Of a DNA stretch of 64,000 bases, positions 1-13,273 are shown piece after piece. The first letter of the stretch is position 1. Every line of letters begins with the position of its first letter. Under the pieces are notes generated by a model, which saw only the letters and a list, made by a program, of their open reading frames with translations, was not told where the DNA came from and did not search any database. Source of the stretch: the human T2T-CHM13v2.0 reference genome, Homo sapiens; assembly GCF_009914755.1 (NCBI RefSeq), contig NC_060936.1; one strand, 5' to 3'. The position numbers and the translations under genes are program-made.

Positions 1-99
1 ACTGGATTGTCAAAGTTGCCAAGCAATCCCACCCCAAATCCCTAGTCAATTCACTCCATTGTTCTTCTAGATAATTATTTTATTCCTTCTCCCTTTCCT

Positions 100-892
<793 letters not shown>

Positions 893-1119
893 CTAACCAA
901 ATTACAAGTTGAAGAAAACATGCACCAGCATGAAGAGGAAAAGGCAGGAGAAGAAGCAGGTATTTCTGAGTCTTAGCCAGTCAGACTTGATCAAAGTTGC
1001 TGTCCCTCTCATCTCTCTCTCTCCATACATCATAACCACTAATATTCTTATCCACGAAGATCAAGCTTAAAAGGAACTAAAAACCTAGAATTTTTGTTTT
1101 TATTTTATTCTTTTTCCAA

Positions 1120-1199
1120 GAAATAGAATCTTTCTTGGAAAAACTACTGGGGACATAGGTTTTTGAAAAACACTTGAGGGTCCCATTCATTTGTACTTT
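1120..1199 (+). repeat. 80-bp exact dispersed direct repeat, copy 1
   Basis: gaaatagaatc...catttgtacttt is identical to 1954-2033. Confidence 0.97.
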
Positions 1200-1519
1200 T
1201 TGGTGAGATATGTATTTGACTCCCAAACACTGAAACTTTTGGTAAACTTTAATCAGCTTTTTGTTTGATGTAAGCCATTCAGGGAGTTTAATGGAAAAAG
1301 AGGTGAACATGAGGACAGGCAGAAAGAAGTATCAGGACAGACCATATTCTGCATTTATTATAGTCTTTTTTTGTTAGAAGTTTTTCTATATTTTTCAAGT
1401 AGACTGGATTTATTCTTTAAGTAGCCCTTAGATGGCTGTAAGTCACATGAAGAATATTTACTCACTTTGCTTACAGCTTTAAGATTTGCAACTAAAATGA
1501 AATCCTACTTCTACAGCTC

Positions 1520-1558
1520 TGTGTGTGTGTGTCTGTGTGTGTGTGTGTGTGTGTGTGT
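1520..1558. repeat. (TG)n microsatellite
   Basis: TG run with one TC interruption. Confidence 0.97.
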
Positions 1559-1953
1559 TGAAATAATGTGTTAAAGCTGAATGCCACCCACCATGATGTA
1601 CAAGAGACTCAGAAAAAAAAGGTCAGATCAAAATTCTATGAATAAATGAAATAAATTGCAAAGTGAAAGAAAACTCCCTAGCTGAAAAACAAAACAAAAC
1701 AAAATTTTTGGACAATTGCGTATTCCAGGGCAGCAGGTAATGAATTTGTCACCCTTGAAAAGATGCACCATTTAACTGATCAGGACTTCATTTCATATTC
1801 CTCATAGGAAAATATTAAATAAAAGTAGTTTTATTCTTCTGAGGCATTTTGTCTCTATAGTTATAACATTTCACAATGTAACTAAACACCTGGCTAATTC
1901 AAGAGTCCAGAAATTAGCATACTTCAGTAGTCAAGAGAGGTAAAACTGTTGTC

Positions 1954-2033
1954 GAAATAGAATCTTTCTTGGAAAAACTACTGGGGACATAGGTTTTTGA
2001 AAAACACTTGAGGGTCCCATTCATTTGTACTTT
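1954..2033 (+). repeat. 80-bp exact dispersed direct repeat, copy 2
   Basis: Identical to 1120-1199, offset 834 bp; flanks unrelated. Confidence 0.97.
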
Positions 2034-2569
2034 CGCATTTTATGTATATATGACTTCTGTATTTACTTATTCATTTATTCCCAGAAAAATTCAGCATCAA
2101 AGTCATTCCTTAAGGCCATGTATAAAAATGTGAAAACCAAGTTAAACAAGAATAAACAAAAGCCATGTGTATGTGAGTGAGGTGTGTGAGACATTATTAG
2201 GATATGCTGTCGTTATAAGTCCTTGAACAGGCAGAGCTAAAAAGTGACCCAGATATCATCATTTCTAAAAACTAGAATTATTTTATCATGAAAATGTGAT
2301 GCTCTAACTGTTCCTGAGAGCACTTCTTTTCCTCTTATCTTTTCTTTAAGTGTACTTCATGGCAAGAAGGAACAATGGTGACTTTGATTTTTGATTTTTT
2401 AATTTTTTTGGCTAGTGCCATTACCCTCCTCTTTCCTTTGGCACTTCTTGAGTCAGCAAAAGCCTTTCAAAGCCCTCCCTGAGCTGGGACCTTACAGCTA
2501 GCAGAGGCCAGAGTTCTGGCCAGAATCCAGTCCTTATCATTCAAAGTCACTGTTGTTTCTTCTCTGTAG

Positions 2570-2614
2570 GGGATAGGAAAGAGAAGACAATTTTATGCAT
2601 TGCTTGCTGCCAAA
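2570..2614 (+). other. candidate 45-nt cassette exon
   Basis: Acceptor tgttgtttcttctctgtag| and donor aaa|gtaagt; length a multiple of 3 (frame 0 reads GIGKRRQFYALLAAK, not recognised). Motif evidence only. Confidence 0.3.
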
Positions 2615-2864
2615 GTAAGTCATTATTTTGTATCTGCCTGAATAAGATCTTTTCCAAAATTCTCTATCTATAAAACTTTATGTAAATCTTGAAAAATCCT
2701 TTCTGCAGGAACCAGGTTTCCTGACAGCTGCTTTGTATAATTCATTGACTGGCTGTGCAGAAACCTTTTATCCAACGTAAAATGTCTTTTATTAAAATCT
2801 TCATACCAAAGATAAAATAGAGAAAAACCTATTTATAAGTCCCATGCTAAATCTGTTTTTACCA

Positions 2865-3085
2865 TTTTATTTTGATAAAATGTTTCAGTCATACAAAATG
2901 CTAGAAGTAATATAACACAGGACTGTGTTTCTAACACTCCCTTAAGAAATAAAACATTGTAAATGCACTGGAAGCCTCCTTGTACTCTTGCCAGCTGCAT
3001 TTCTTTCCATTTTACACCTAACCCAGGGTTAACTATTGTCCAAAATTCAGTGCTGATCATTCCTCCTGTGACTTTGTTTTTCATA
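2865..3085 (-). mobile_element. old L1ME-type 3' end fragment
   Basis: aagaaataaaacatt...gaagcctccttgtactc...aactattgtcc resembles antisense L1ME 3' UTR. Confidence 0.55.
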
Positions 3086-4201
3086 TGCTAAATCCTCAAA
3101 ACAAATTTAATGACCAAAGTCAAAGAAGTCAAAGCACATGAAGCAATAGAACAGACTACATAGAGACTATGTGTATTTTGCTGCAAAATAGAGAGCCTTA
3201 GAGCTTCTTCCCACTCTAAAATTCTGTGACTCTATAAAATGTGGAAAATGCAGTAATTCAGCTAATTTGTTTTTATGAAATCCAATACCAATTTTGAAAG
3301 CAACCCAATTTTTCTCATTTCCTCATTGATTTGCATTTATTCCTATTCTTCATATTTTTATATTGATTGAGTAAATTACTCTTGGAAGTTTTAAAAATGA
3401 AAAAAGTATATTCCTAGGGATGTAACTTCTTGAATTCTTCTCATTAATTTTCCTATTGATATATACTTACAGGGCACAGCTCTCATACCAAAAGCAAATA
3501 ACAAAAGCACATTGAGCATTAGAGACCCTGTGAGGTTGTGAATTCAATTTGTGTTGTAATTCAGCCACCTATAGGATTACACTTTGGGGTTGTTTTTTAG
3601 ATCTGAGGCTTCAGACACCGGCTGTGCAGAGGCAACAGTTTTCCTTGGCCTTTTCTACCAGTTCCCCTTTGTGGTCTCACACTGGTAGCCTGGACTTTCC
3701 TAGAGCCATTGAACTTGAAGTTTCCAACTTGTCCACCTGCACCAGTGCTTGAGGAGGGTTGGTTAGTGACTTTCTTCTGCATCAATGCCTACGTTTTAGA
3801 AAACATAGTTACAACTCAGCCAAGTTGATATAGACCTAAAAGCTTTCTAATTCTTCACCCAGACCTGGAGTTGAAAATTTAATGATTTTCTTTCTCCACG
3901 TTCAGAAGTGCACTCAGAAGCAACAAACCAACCTAATGTATTATTTATTTCCACTATAAAATTGTATGGTAGCAACTTCTTGTTTGTTCGAAGCCTTATA
4001 TTCTACAAGAATTTGATGATAAGTGATGACAGATGATGATTAAAATAACTATTTTGCCATAGCATTCCATGAACAACTAGTGTCTCCTAAACCACTGGGC
4101 ACAGAGTCACTAATGCCTTTAAATCTAATTTTATCAGAGTAAGATGGTCAGATTCCCATCCTTACGGTTCTGTTCCCTGGAGCCAATTCTAGTAGCTATA
4201 A

Positions 4202-4737
4202 CTATTAGTCAGGATTCAACTGAGGAAGCAGAAGCACTATGAATGTTATGGAGTAAGAGGTTTACATAGGAATTTGGCCTACATGATTGTAGGAGCAGCT
4301 GGGGACACAAGGGCCCAAAAGAGGGAATTGGAGGATCAAAGAATATTCACTAAGTAACCCTCCTAAAGCCGGGTATATCCAGCTGCTGGATGAGAGCACA
4401 CAGGAGAGCAGTGGAGAAGAATAGGGAAGGGCAGAATCTCTGCATCTGTGGGTCATCCTGCAGTCACCATTGGTCATCAGGCCAGCTGACAGGCGGAAGA
4501 GCTGGATGTGGAATGGGGAAGAGGAAGAACAAGCTGACTGCTGCTGCATCTGTCTTCTGTGCCTAACCACTAGGACTCTCAAAGAGAAATGGCTGTTGTC
4601 ATGTCTGCCATCTAAATCTTGTACCAGTTTCTCTTTTTTTTTTTTTTGCCAATTCAAGCCTAGAACCACATAGGAAAGAAGATTCTGTGAAGTAGAGTTC
4701 CAGCTTAGCAGAATCGATAGAAAACAAAACCACCACA
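4202..4737 (-). mobile_element. ancient ERVL-class solo LTR (LTR41/LTR52/LTR79-like)
   Basis: tattagtcaggattcaactgaggaagcagaagcac at one end; gaaccacataggaaagaagattctg...caccaca at the other. Confidence 0.6.
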
Positions 4738-5358
4738 CTGTATTTTCAGTTCCTGGCTTCAATTGCTGACTCAGAATCTATCCTGTAGATGCAGATTTTC
4801 TCATTCACCCTTGAGACCTGTCTACTATTATTTATGCTGTACCTGTTACTGCCATGTATCTAAAATGAGTCTACTGTTTGTTTATATATCTGATTTAGCT
4901 TTGTTCTTATTTCTGACTTCACCTCCAAATACTCAGGCTTTCCTTTTCTATCTATATTCTCCCCAGTGTTTATCTTCAGCCCTTGGGGGATATTTATTAC
5001 ACTTGTGGCTGCCAGCATATTTTGAACACATTTTCCACATTATGAAATTTCCATTCCAAAATATAGGCAACAACTCACCTTCTCAGCCTTCAATGATCTA
5101 GGTTCTGTAACTAGAACTCACCATGATGAGACTGGTATTAAGATTTTGGAGGCAGCAATAGCAGAAGTCTCAGTAGGTGTATTCTTTGCTGAGTATCCCC
5201 AGGAAGAGACATGGTCCCTGTTCTAATAGGTTCAGAGATGTTGTAGGCACAGTTACAAGCATCCTGAGATTGAGATTATGCATGATTCCTGGATGCAGAG
5301 TCTCCAAGATGATTCCTGGACCTCCTGAAGGTTCTATGAGCTACCTAATAGCCTTTGG

Positions 5359-5463
5359 TAGAGCGCTTCTCAAACTTCAATGTACCAGTGAAGTAGGTTT
5401 AGAATTGGGGCCTGGGATTCTGCATTTCCAACAAGCTCCCAGGTAATGGCAAAGCCTCTGGTC
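5359..5463. mobile_element. MER5A (hAT-Charlie) fragment
   Basis: cttctcaaactt...ggggcctgggattctgcatttccaacaagctcccaggt. Confidence 0.8.
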
Positions 5464-5749
5464 TAATTGATACAGGCCTCTACCTGTTTTCAACATTGCT
5501 GCTTTTGACATCAGTGCTGAGGCCAGAGTACTAGATAAACAAGAATCCTAATTAGTAAAGCCTAATACAGGTGGTGGTAATTCCTGTTGGAGCTCTGACA
5601 AGACTTAATGTTCCTGGGGTTGTATTGAGGTAAACGTTATGCTGCAAAAAGGTCAAGTGGACTTATTTTCTCTCTACCTTGAGAGGAAAAGAATTTCTTA
5701 CATCATTTTGTTATTTCACAATCTTCTAATTATGATTGGCAGTGTTAGA

Positions 5750-6811
5750 TTATCTCCTAGCTTTAAGTCCCATCTATATATTGTTGATTGCCACATGTCC
5801 ACATCCATCCCAGAACTCATATATAGATCTCCAGATTTGTATATCCAACTGCCAATTCAACATCTCTACTTGGAAGTCTCATTGCTATTTTAGATTTAAC
5901 ACAAACCAAACTGATCTTATGCTATTTTCCCCAAGACTGGTCTGCCCATAATCTTTCTCCTCCTAGTTAATGACAACTCCATTATTTAAGCTGCTTACAT
6001 CCAAACCTTGGAGGCATTTGGGATACTTCTGCAAGGCACATCCAATTCATCAGCAAATTCTCTTCAAAATCTGATTCTCAGCACCTTTACTGCCCTCACT
6101 TTGGTCTATACCACCATCATCTCTGGATTACAAGCCTTCCAAAACTTCTACCCTTGCCCTTGTTGTCTTTCTGCAGCACAGCAGCCTAAGCTTTGCTGAT
6201 AAAACATAGTGTTTAGGTCACTCCTCTGCCCAAAATGTATCAGTGTTTCTCCTTTTCTCTTGGAGTAAAAGCTAACATCTGCATAATGGCTTGCAAGGGC
6301 CTACATGGTTTTGGCGTTTTTCAATGTTTAACTTTATTTTATACGACTTTGATCCTCTACACTTTTAGCTATAGCCAGACTGGCCTTGCTCTTTCTTAAA
6401 CATACTAGTCATGGACTTACCTCAGGGCCTTTGCATTGGCTATTTCCTATGTACGGAATGTTCCCCCCTGCCCCCCCAGATATTAACATAAGTTGCTGCC
6501 ACAGTACCTTTAAGTGTTACTCAAATGTCCCATTTTCTCAGTAAGGTCTTTGTTGGCCGTCCTTTCTAAAATTCAATCCCTTCTGACTTTTTTTCATTTC
6601 CCTTCTCTGCTTTAGGTTTTTTTCCTTGTACTTATTACTGTCTACCATACTATACCTTTCATCTATTGTGTATATTTGTTTTTTTCTCATTAGGGTGTGA
6701 GCTCCTTGAGGGAGAGATTTTGTTTGTTTTGTTTATAGCCTTACTCGTAGTGCCTAGAATTGCGTCTGGCACATGGTAGGCACTCACTGAGTATTTGTTG
6801 AATGAATGAAT
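5750..6811 (+). mobile_element. L2a 3' portion
   Basis: ctcagggcctttgcattggct, and terminal ggcacatggtaggcactc...tatttgttgaatgaatgaat. Confidence 0.9.
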
Positions 6812-7653
6812 CAACAGAAGAGAAGATGGGTTGGTTTTAGATCCACTGCCCAAGAAGGCTTCAGGCCTATCAGGCAGATATAGTCATTAAATAGGAGTAT
6901 TCTGGTCTATTAGATAAGATGGCACTGATTGGGAATATTTCTTTCAGTAAAAATTATTCAGTACTAGGAAATGTAGGATATAAAATATATAGAACATAAT
7001 CTCTGCTTCTAAAAATTGTAACTTAAATTAGGAAGAAAAACATTACTGTGAATAAGTGTAATACAAAGTGGATGTTGGTGGGTGGGGCCATCTAAGAATG
7101 TGCTATAAGAAAGTAGTTAGTTTCTAGGTTCACATGGACATACTGCAATGGAGAAGTCACTTTTAAAGCCTTGTTAAATAAGATGATACCTGTAAACACA
7201 CATCCCAATTTAGTAATTGGTAACCATTATAAGTAATAGCATGTCTCTTTAATAATGCCAATAGAAGAGGAGTTGAATGAAAGAATGCCTGTCTCAGAAC
7301 TGGCATTAAATTATCATAATTTTTCTGATCAGTTAAGCAATACTGCTTGCTATATAAAATTAGGAGGTTAAGAAATGTCACAAATATTAAATAAAGTCAT
7401 TGAAAATCACTAATAATTTTACTATCCAGAGTTAACCAATTTCTATGCATATATATAGATGAGATCATATGGTATATTCTGTCTTGTGCTTTATTATTGT
7501 TTATTTTTTCCAGAACATTTTATTTTTATCAACAAACATCTTCTAAACATAGTTTAATGTTCACAAAATGTTTCATTTTATGTATGTTATATACTTTAAT
7601 TATTCTCTAATTGTTGAATATTTGTGCCATGTTTTAAAAATAATAAATAATCC

Positions 7654-9703
7654 TGATATGGTTTGGATTTGTGTCCCTGCCCAAATCTCATGTGAAATTG
7701 TAACTCCTAATTTTGGGGGAGGGGCCTGGTGGGAGGTGATTGGATAATGGGAGCCGATTTCCTCCTTGCTGTTCTCATGATAGTGAGTGAGATCTAACAA
7801 GATCTGGTTGATTAAAGTGTGTCGCAGCTTTTCCTGCTCTCTCTTCCTCCTGTTCCAGCCACATAAGATTTGTCTGCTTCCCTTTTGCCTTCTGCCATGA
7901 CTGTAAGTTTCCTAAGGCCTCCAAGCCATGCTCCCTGTACTGCCTACAGAACAAGGAAACCAATTTAACCCTTTTCTTTATAAAGTACCCAGTCTCAGGT
8001 ATTTCTTTATAGCAGTGCAAAAACAAACTAACACAGAAAATTGGTACTAAGGAGTGGGGCATTGCTATAAAGATACCTGAAAATGTGCAAGCAGCTTTGG
8101 AATCGGGTAATGGACAGAGGTTGGAAGAGTATGGAGAGCTCAGAAGAAGACAGGAAGATGAGGGAAAATTTGGAACTTCCCAGAGACTTGTTAAATTGTT
8201 GTGACCAAAATGCTGATGGTGATAAAGTCCAGGTGGAAGAGGTCTCAGATAGAGATAAGTAACTTATTGGGAATGAGGCAAGGTCCCTTTTGTTATGCAT
8301 GAGCAAAAAGATTATCTGAAACTTGATCTGAAACAAGAACTTATATTTAAAAGGGAAGCAGAGCGTAAAAGTTTGGAAAATTTGCAGCATGGCCATGTGG
8401 TAGAAAATAAAATTAACTTTCTGGGGAGAAATTCAAGGCTGCAGAAATTTGCATAAGTAAAGAAGAACTAAATGTTAATAGGCAAGACAATAGGGAAAAC
8501 ACCTTCAGGACATTTCAGAGACTTCCTTGACAGCCCCTCCCATCATAGGCCTGGAGGCTAGGAGGCAAGAATGGTTTTGTGGGCCAGGCCTAGGGCTGCG
8601 CTGCTCTGTGCAGCCTCAGGACATGGTGCCCTGCATCGTGGCCACTTCAGCTCCAGCCATGGATAAAAGTGGTCAAGTTACAGCTTGGGCTGTTGCTTCA
8701 GAGGGTGCAAGCCATAAGTCTTGGCAGCTTCCATGTGGTGTTAAGCCTGCATGTGCACAGAGTGTTAGAGTTGAAACTTAGGAGCCTCTGCCTAGATTTC
8801 AGAGGATATATGGAAATGCCTGGATGTCCATGCAGAAGTTTGCTGCAGGGGCAGAGCCCTCATGGAAAACCTCTACTAGGGCGGAGTGGAGGGGAAATGT
8901 GGGATTGGAGTCCCCACACAGAGTCCCCACTGGGGTACTGCCTAGTGGAGCTGTGAGAAGAGGGTTACCGTTCTCCAGACCGCAGAATGACAGATTCACC
9001 AACAGCTTGCTCTGTGTGCCTGGAAAAGCCACAGGCACTCAATGAAAGCAGCCACAGGGGCAGAGCTGCCCAAGGCCTTGGGGGCCCACTCCTTGCTTCA
9101 GTGTTGCTGGGATGTGAAACATGGAGACAAGGGAGATTCTTTCAGAGCTTTAAGATTTAATGACTACCCTGCTGGGTTTCAGACTTGCATGGGGCCTGTA
9201 GCCCCTTTGTTTTGGCCAATTTCTCCCTTTTGGAATGGGAGTATTTAGCCAATGCCTGTATCCTCATTGTATCCTGGAAATAACTAACTTGTTTTGGTTT
9301 TACAAGCTCATAGGTAGAAGGGACTTGCCTGGTCTCAGATGAGACTTTGGACTGTGGAATTTTGAGTTAATGCTGGAGGAGTTAAGATTTTGGTGGACCG
9401 CTGGAAAGGCATGATTTTATTTTGAAATATGAGAAGGATATGAGATTTTGGAGGGGCCACATCTCATGAGATCTGGTTGTTTAAAATGTGTAGCACCTCA
9501 CCCTGCTCTCTCTTCCTGCTGCTCCGGCCATGCAGGACATCCCTGTAGCCCCTTCGCTTTCTGCCATGATTGTAAGTTTCCTGAGGCCTCTCCAGCCATG
9601 CTCCCTTATAGCCTGTGGAACTGTAAGCCAATTAATCCCCTTTTCTTTATAAATTACTCCGTCTCATTAATTCTTTATAGCAATGCAAGAACAGACACAT
9701 ACA
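7654..9703 (+). mobile_element. MSTA-type MaLR provirus: 5' LTR 7654-8035, internal 8036-~9458, 5'-deleted 3' LTR ~9460-9703
   Basis: LTR begins tgatatggtttgg and ends ctaacaca; internal begins gaaaattggtactaaggagtgggg; 5-bp TSD aatcc/aatac; inserted into an older L1ME-like stretch. Confidence 0.92.
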
Positions 9704-10440
9704 AATACTATCTACTTTCCTATAATTTCCTTAGGATGGATTTCATAACATTATAATCTTAAGTAGAGGTATGATTACGTTCAAAGCCAAAAATACACAC
9801 TGCTATATAGTACACATCTTCTAAAACAGGTTTTACCAATTTACTCAGTAAGTAAATGAGAAAATAGAGATGAACATTTTTACCAGCTACATAATTATAA
9901 AAATATACTTTTCCCACTTAATAATACAGGCATTCTTAATTTTATGTTTCCTATTAACTTGATTAGTGTCCAACATCCTTGGCTTCAAGCAACAATTTCA
10001 CTGTTGGTAGGAAGAACTTGGAGGTAACACACTGGATACTTGGGAGTATGTTTCTGCTTCATTCACCAGGTTTATACTTAGCATCAGAAGAATTTCTCTT
10101 ACATGACCTAGAGTATGTATTAAAAATGTTTTCTCTGAATCAATGCTATGTTCTCCTGTTAAACCATTTAAGAGACACTGTGGTAAGAAAGCATTGTGCC
10201 TCCAGGGCTGCCCCTGGGGGCAAGCAAATTTGGGAAGTCTCATAATGCCAAAATAAACTACCAAATAATGGAATAAAAATCTCATCTTTGGAAGCATTTG
10301 CCAAAATGAATTCATTACCTTCATGCCATCGCTGTGAGGCAGGTATAGCTAGTTAGGAAAAACTAACTAAGAATTATAAGGTCCCTTTAAAATAAAAAAT
10401 GTTACTTAAAAGTTGAATACCAAATCATAAAAAGCAGATA

Positions 10441-10590
10441 AATATTATTGTCTCAGTTTTATGGACTGAGGAACTGGGTCATAGATATTAAGTGATAAGT
10501 AAATTACCCACCAGGGACAATTTAGCTAAGGGTAAAAAGGAATTCATAATTAGAACCCAGGCATCCTCTGGTCTGAGTGTCTATGCTCTG
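10441..10590 (-). mobile_element. MIR fragment
   Basis: cagttttatggactgaggaactg...ttagaacccagg MIR core. Confidence 0.65.
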
Positions 10591-10990
10591 AGATTTGGAC
10601 CAGGTCTTTTGGCAATGGCATCAGGCAATGAGAACTATTAGAAATTGAAAACTACTGAAAAACGGCTGCTTGAAAACAAAAAATTCATAGTTTGTACTGA
10701 AATACTCTTTATGTTTGGCAATATAAAAGTGAGTTGCAATTGAATCCATAATAAGGCCATGACACAGTTCCCTCCTTTGTGCTTTCATTACACATTAGAT
10801 ATATTTATATAATAGTACCTCTTTCCTATAATAGTTAGTTCTGAAGTTTGTGATCCTCACTAAAGACATCCCTGGGATCATCAATTGCACCTTATTTTTT
10901 GTATCTTTGGTGTCTAGCTTAGTTCTTGGTACACTGTTAAGTATTAAATGAAATCTCATTGAATGTACAAAAAGATAAAGAAATAATTAG

Positions 10991-12597
10991 AAATGTGGTA
11001 GATGTGTCACACTACCTGACTTCAAAATATATCACAAAGCTATAGTAATCAAAACAGCATATTGGCATAAACATAGATACCTTGACTAATGGAACAGAAC
11101 AGAAAGTCCAGAAGTCAACTTATGCATTTACAGTCAACTGATTTTCAATAGATGCCAAGAGCATACAAAGGAAATGACAAACTCTTAAATAAATGTTGGG
11201 AAAACTAAATATCTGTATGCAGAAGAATAAAATTGGGGGACACATGTCCTCAGGAACTCCTGAGGCTGTGACACAGAAAAAAAAAAAGAATGAAATTGGA
11301 CCCTTATACTACATACAATAATAAACTCAAAAGGGATTGAAGACTTAAGTATAAGGCTCCAAACCACAAAACTATTGGGAGAAAATTGTTTTAGATGTGA
11401 TCACAAAAGCACAGTCAACAAAAGCATAGACTAATGGGATTGCATCAAACTAAAAAGCTTCTACACACCAAAGGCAATGACAGAGTGAAGAGACAACTCA
11501 CAGACTGAGAGAAAATATTTTCAAACCATGTATCTGAGAAGGGATTAAAATCTAAAACACATAAGGAACTCAACTCAATAGCAAAAAAATAAATAACCCA
11601 ATTAAAAAATGGGCAAAGGACCTAAATAGATATTTCTCAAAGATGACATACAAATGTCTAACAGATATGTGAAAAGATCCTCTATTTCACTCCTCATCAA
11701 GGAAATGCATATTAAAGCCACAATGAGCTATCACCTTATATTTGTTAGAGTTGCTATTAATAAAAAGACAAAATATAACATGTTGGTGAAAATGTGAAGA
11801 AAAGGAAACCCTTGTACACTGTTGGTGGGTACACAAATTGGTAGAGCAATTATGCAAAAAGTTATGGAGGTTCCTCAAAAAACTAAAAATAAAATTACCA
11901 TATAATTCAGCAATCCCAATACTGGGTATATATCCAAAGAATTGAAATCAGTATGTTGAAAAGATATCTGCACTCCCAGGTTCATTCAGCATTATTCACC
12001 ATAGCCAACATATGGAATCAATCTAGGTGTTTATTAATGTATGAATAGATAAAGAATATATAGTATCTGTACACAATCGAATACTATTCAGCCTTAAGAA
12101 AGAAGAGAATTCTGTCATTTGTAACAACATAGATGAACCTGGAGGGCATTATGCTAAGTGAAATAAGCCAGGCACAGAAGAACAAATACTACATGATCTC
12201 ACTTTTATGTGGAATTTTACAAAGTTGAATTAACAGAAGCAGAGAGTAGAATGATGGTTACTGGAAGCAAGGGTGGGAAATTGGAATGAAGAGATGTTGG
12301 TCAAATGTATATCAAATGTATAAAGTTTCAGTTAAACAAGAGGAATAACTTTTTGAGATCTATTGTACAGCATAGTGACCATAGTTAATAATAATGTCTT
12401 ATATATTTCAAAATTGCTAAGAAAGTGTATGTTAAATGTTTTTACTACAAAAAATGATAAGTATCTGAGGTGATGAATGTGTTAATTAGCTTGATACAAT
12501 CATCCCTCAATGTATGCATATATCAAAAGATCACATTGCATTCTGTAAATATATATAATTATTATTTGTCAAAAATAAAAGTTTCAATAAAAAAAGA
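10991..12597 (+). mobile_element. 5'-truncated L1MA (L1MA4-7-like), ORF2 end plus 3' UTR
   Basis: actacctgacttcaaaatatat...aaagctatagtaatcaaaacagca; 3' UTR gagatctattgtacagcatagtgaccatagttaataataatg; A-rich tail. Confidence 0.92.
11237..11285 (+). mobile_element. ~40-nt retroposed LTR-like (MER4 group) fragment with poly(A) and 14-bp TSD
   Basis: gggacacatgtcctcaggaactcctgaggctgtgacacag plus A-run between aagaataaaattgg and aagaatgaaattgg. Confidence 0.8.
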
Positions 12598-12932
12598 AAT
12601 ATAGCAGCATCATAATTTCATACAACAAACATCCTACCTGAGAAGGAGTTTTTAAGGGCCCTCAACAGAAAGTTCATATCAGAATAAACTGTGGAACTTA
12701 AAAATATATATATATCTAGCTACAACCTAGACCTTCTAATTTATAATCTCTGGGATACCTTTTGATAAGACTTTACTGTTCTCAGTGTTCACTACTGCTA
12801 GAGAACATGCAGTCTACTTCCTTGAAAATCCTTCAGTGTCCTATTGTCACCCCACTGTTAAATGACATAGACAGAAATTTCTTTATATTATATATTTAAT
12901 GTGACAGATATTAACAGAAAAGGATGAAAAGT

Positions 12933-13072
12933 CACATTGATTGAGCATCTTCTATGTGCCAGGCACTTTCCTTGTTGCTTAGACAGATTATTGTATTAAG
13001 TCTTCACAATGACCCTGCAAAGCAGGTGCTTTTATGCTGTTTCTTTATTTAAATATGGGAAAACTGAATCTT
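12933..13072 (-). mobile_element. MIR fragment
   Basis: ttgagcatcttctatgtgccaggcact...cttcacaatgaccctg...gaaaactga. Confidence 0.75.
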
Positions 13073-13273
13073 CATATTTCAAGTTAAATATTAATATCAT
13101 TATTCCACTGATTTCAACTTCCACTCCATAAAATTATGTACAAATATAACTAGTTTTTACTTTTGATATCTTTCAAAGATTCTTAATTCTGCTACATGGT
13201 TGTTCTTTAGTAAATAGTCGATTTATTTCTATTATGCTTCATGTACTATGCTAGTTCCTATCCTTCCCACTTA

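Noticed and set aside
4262-4762. Longest ORF in the window (166 aa)
   Set aside because: Lies in an old LTR, crosses a homopolymer run and has no recognisable domain.
8028-9756. Cluster of overlapping ORFs
   Set aside because: Decayed MSTA internal and LTR sequence; not a gene.
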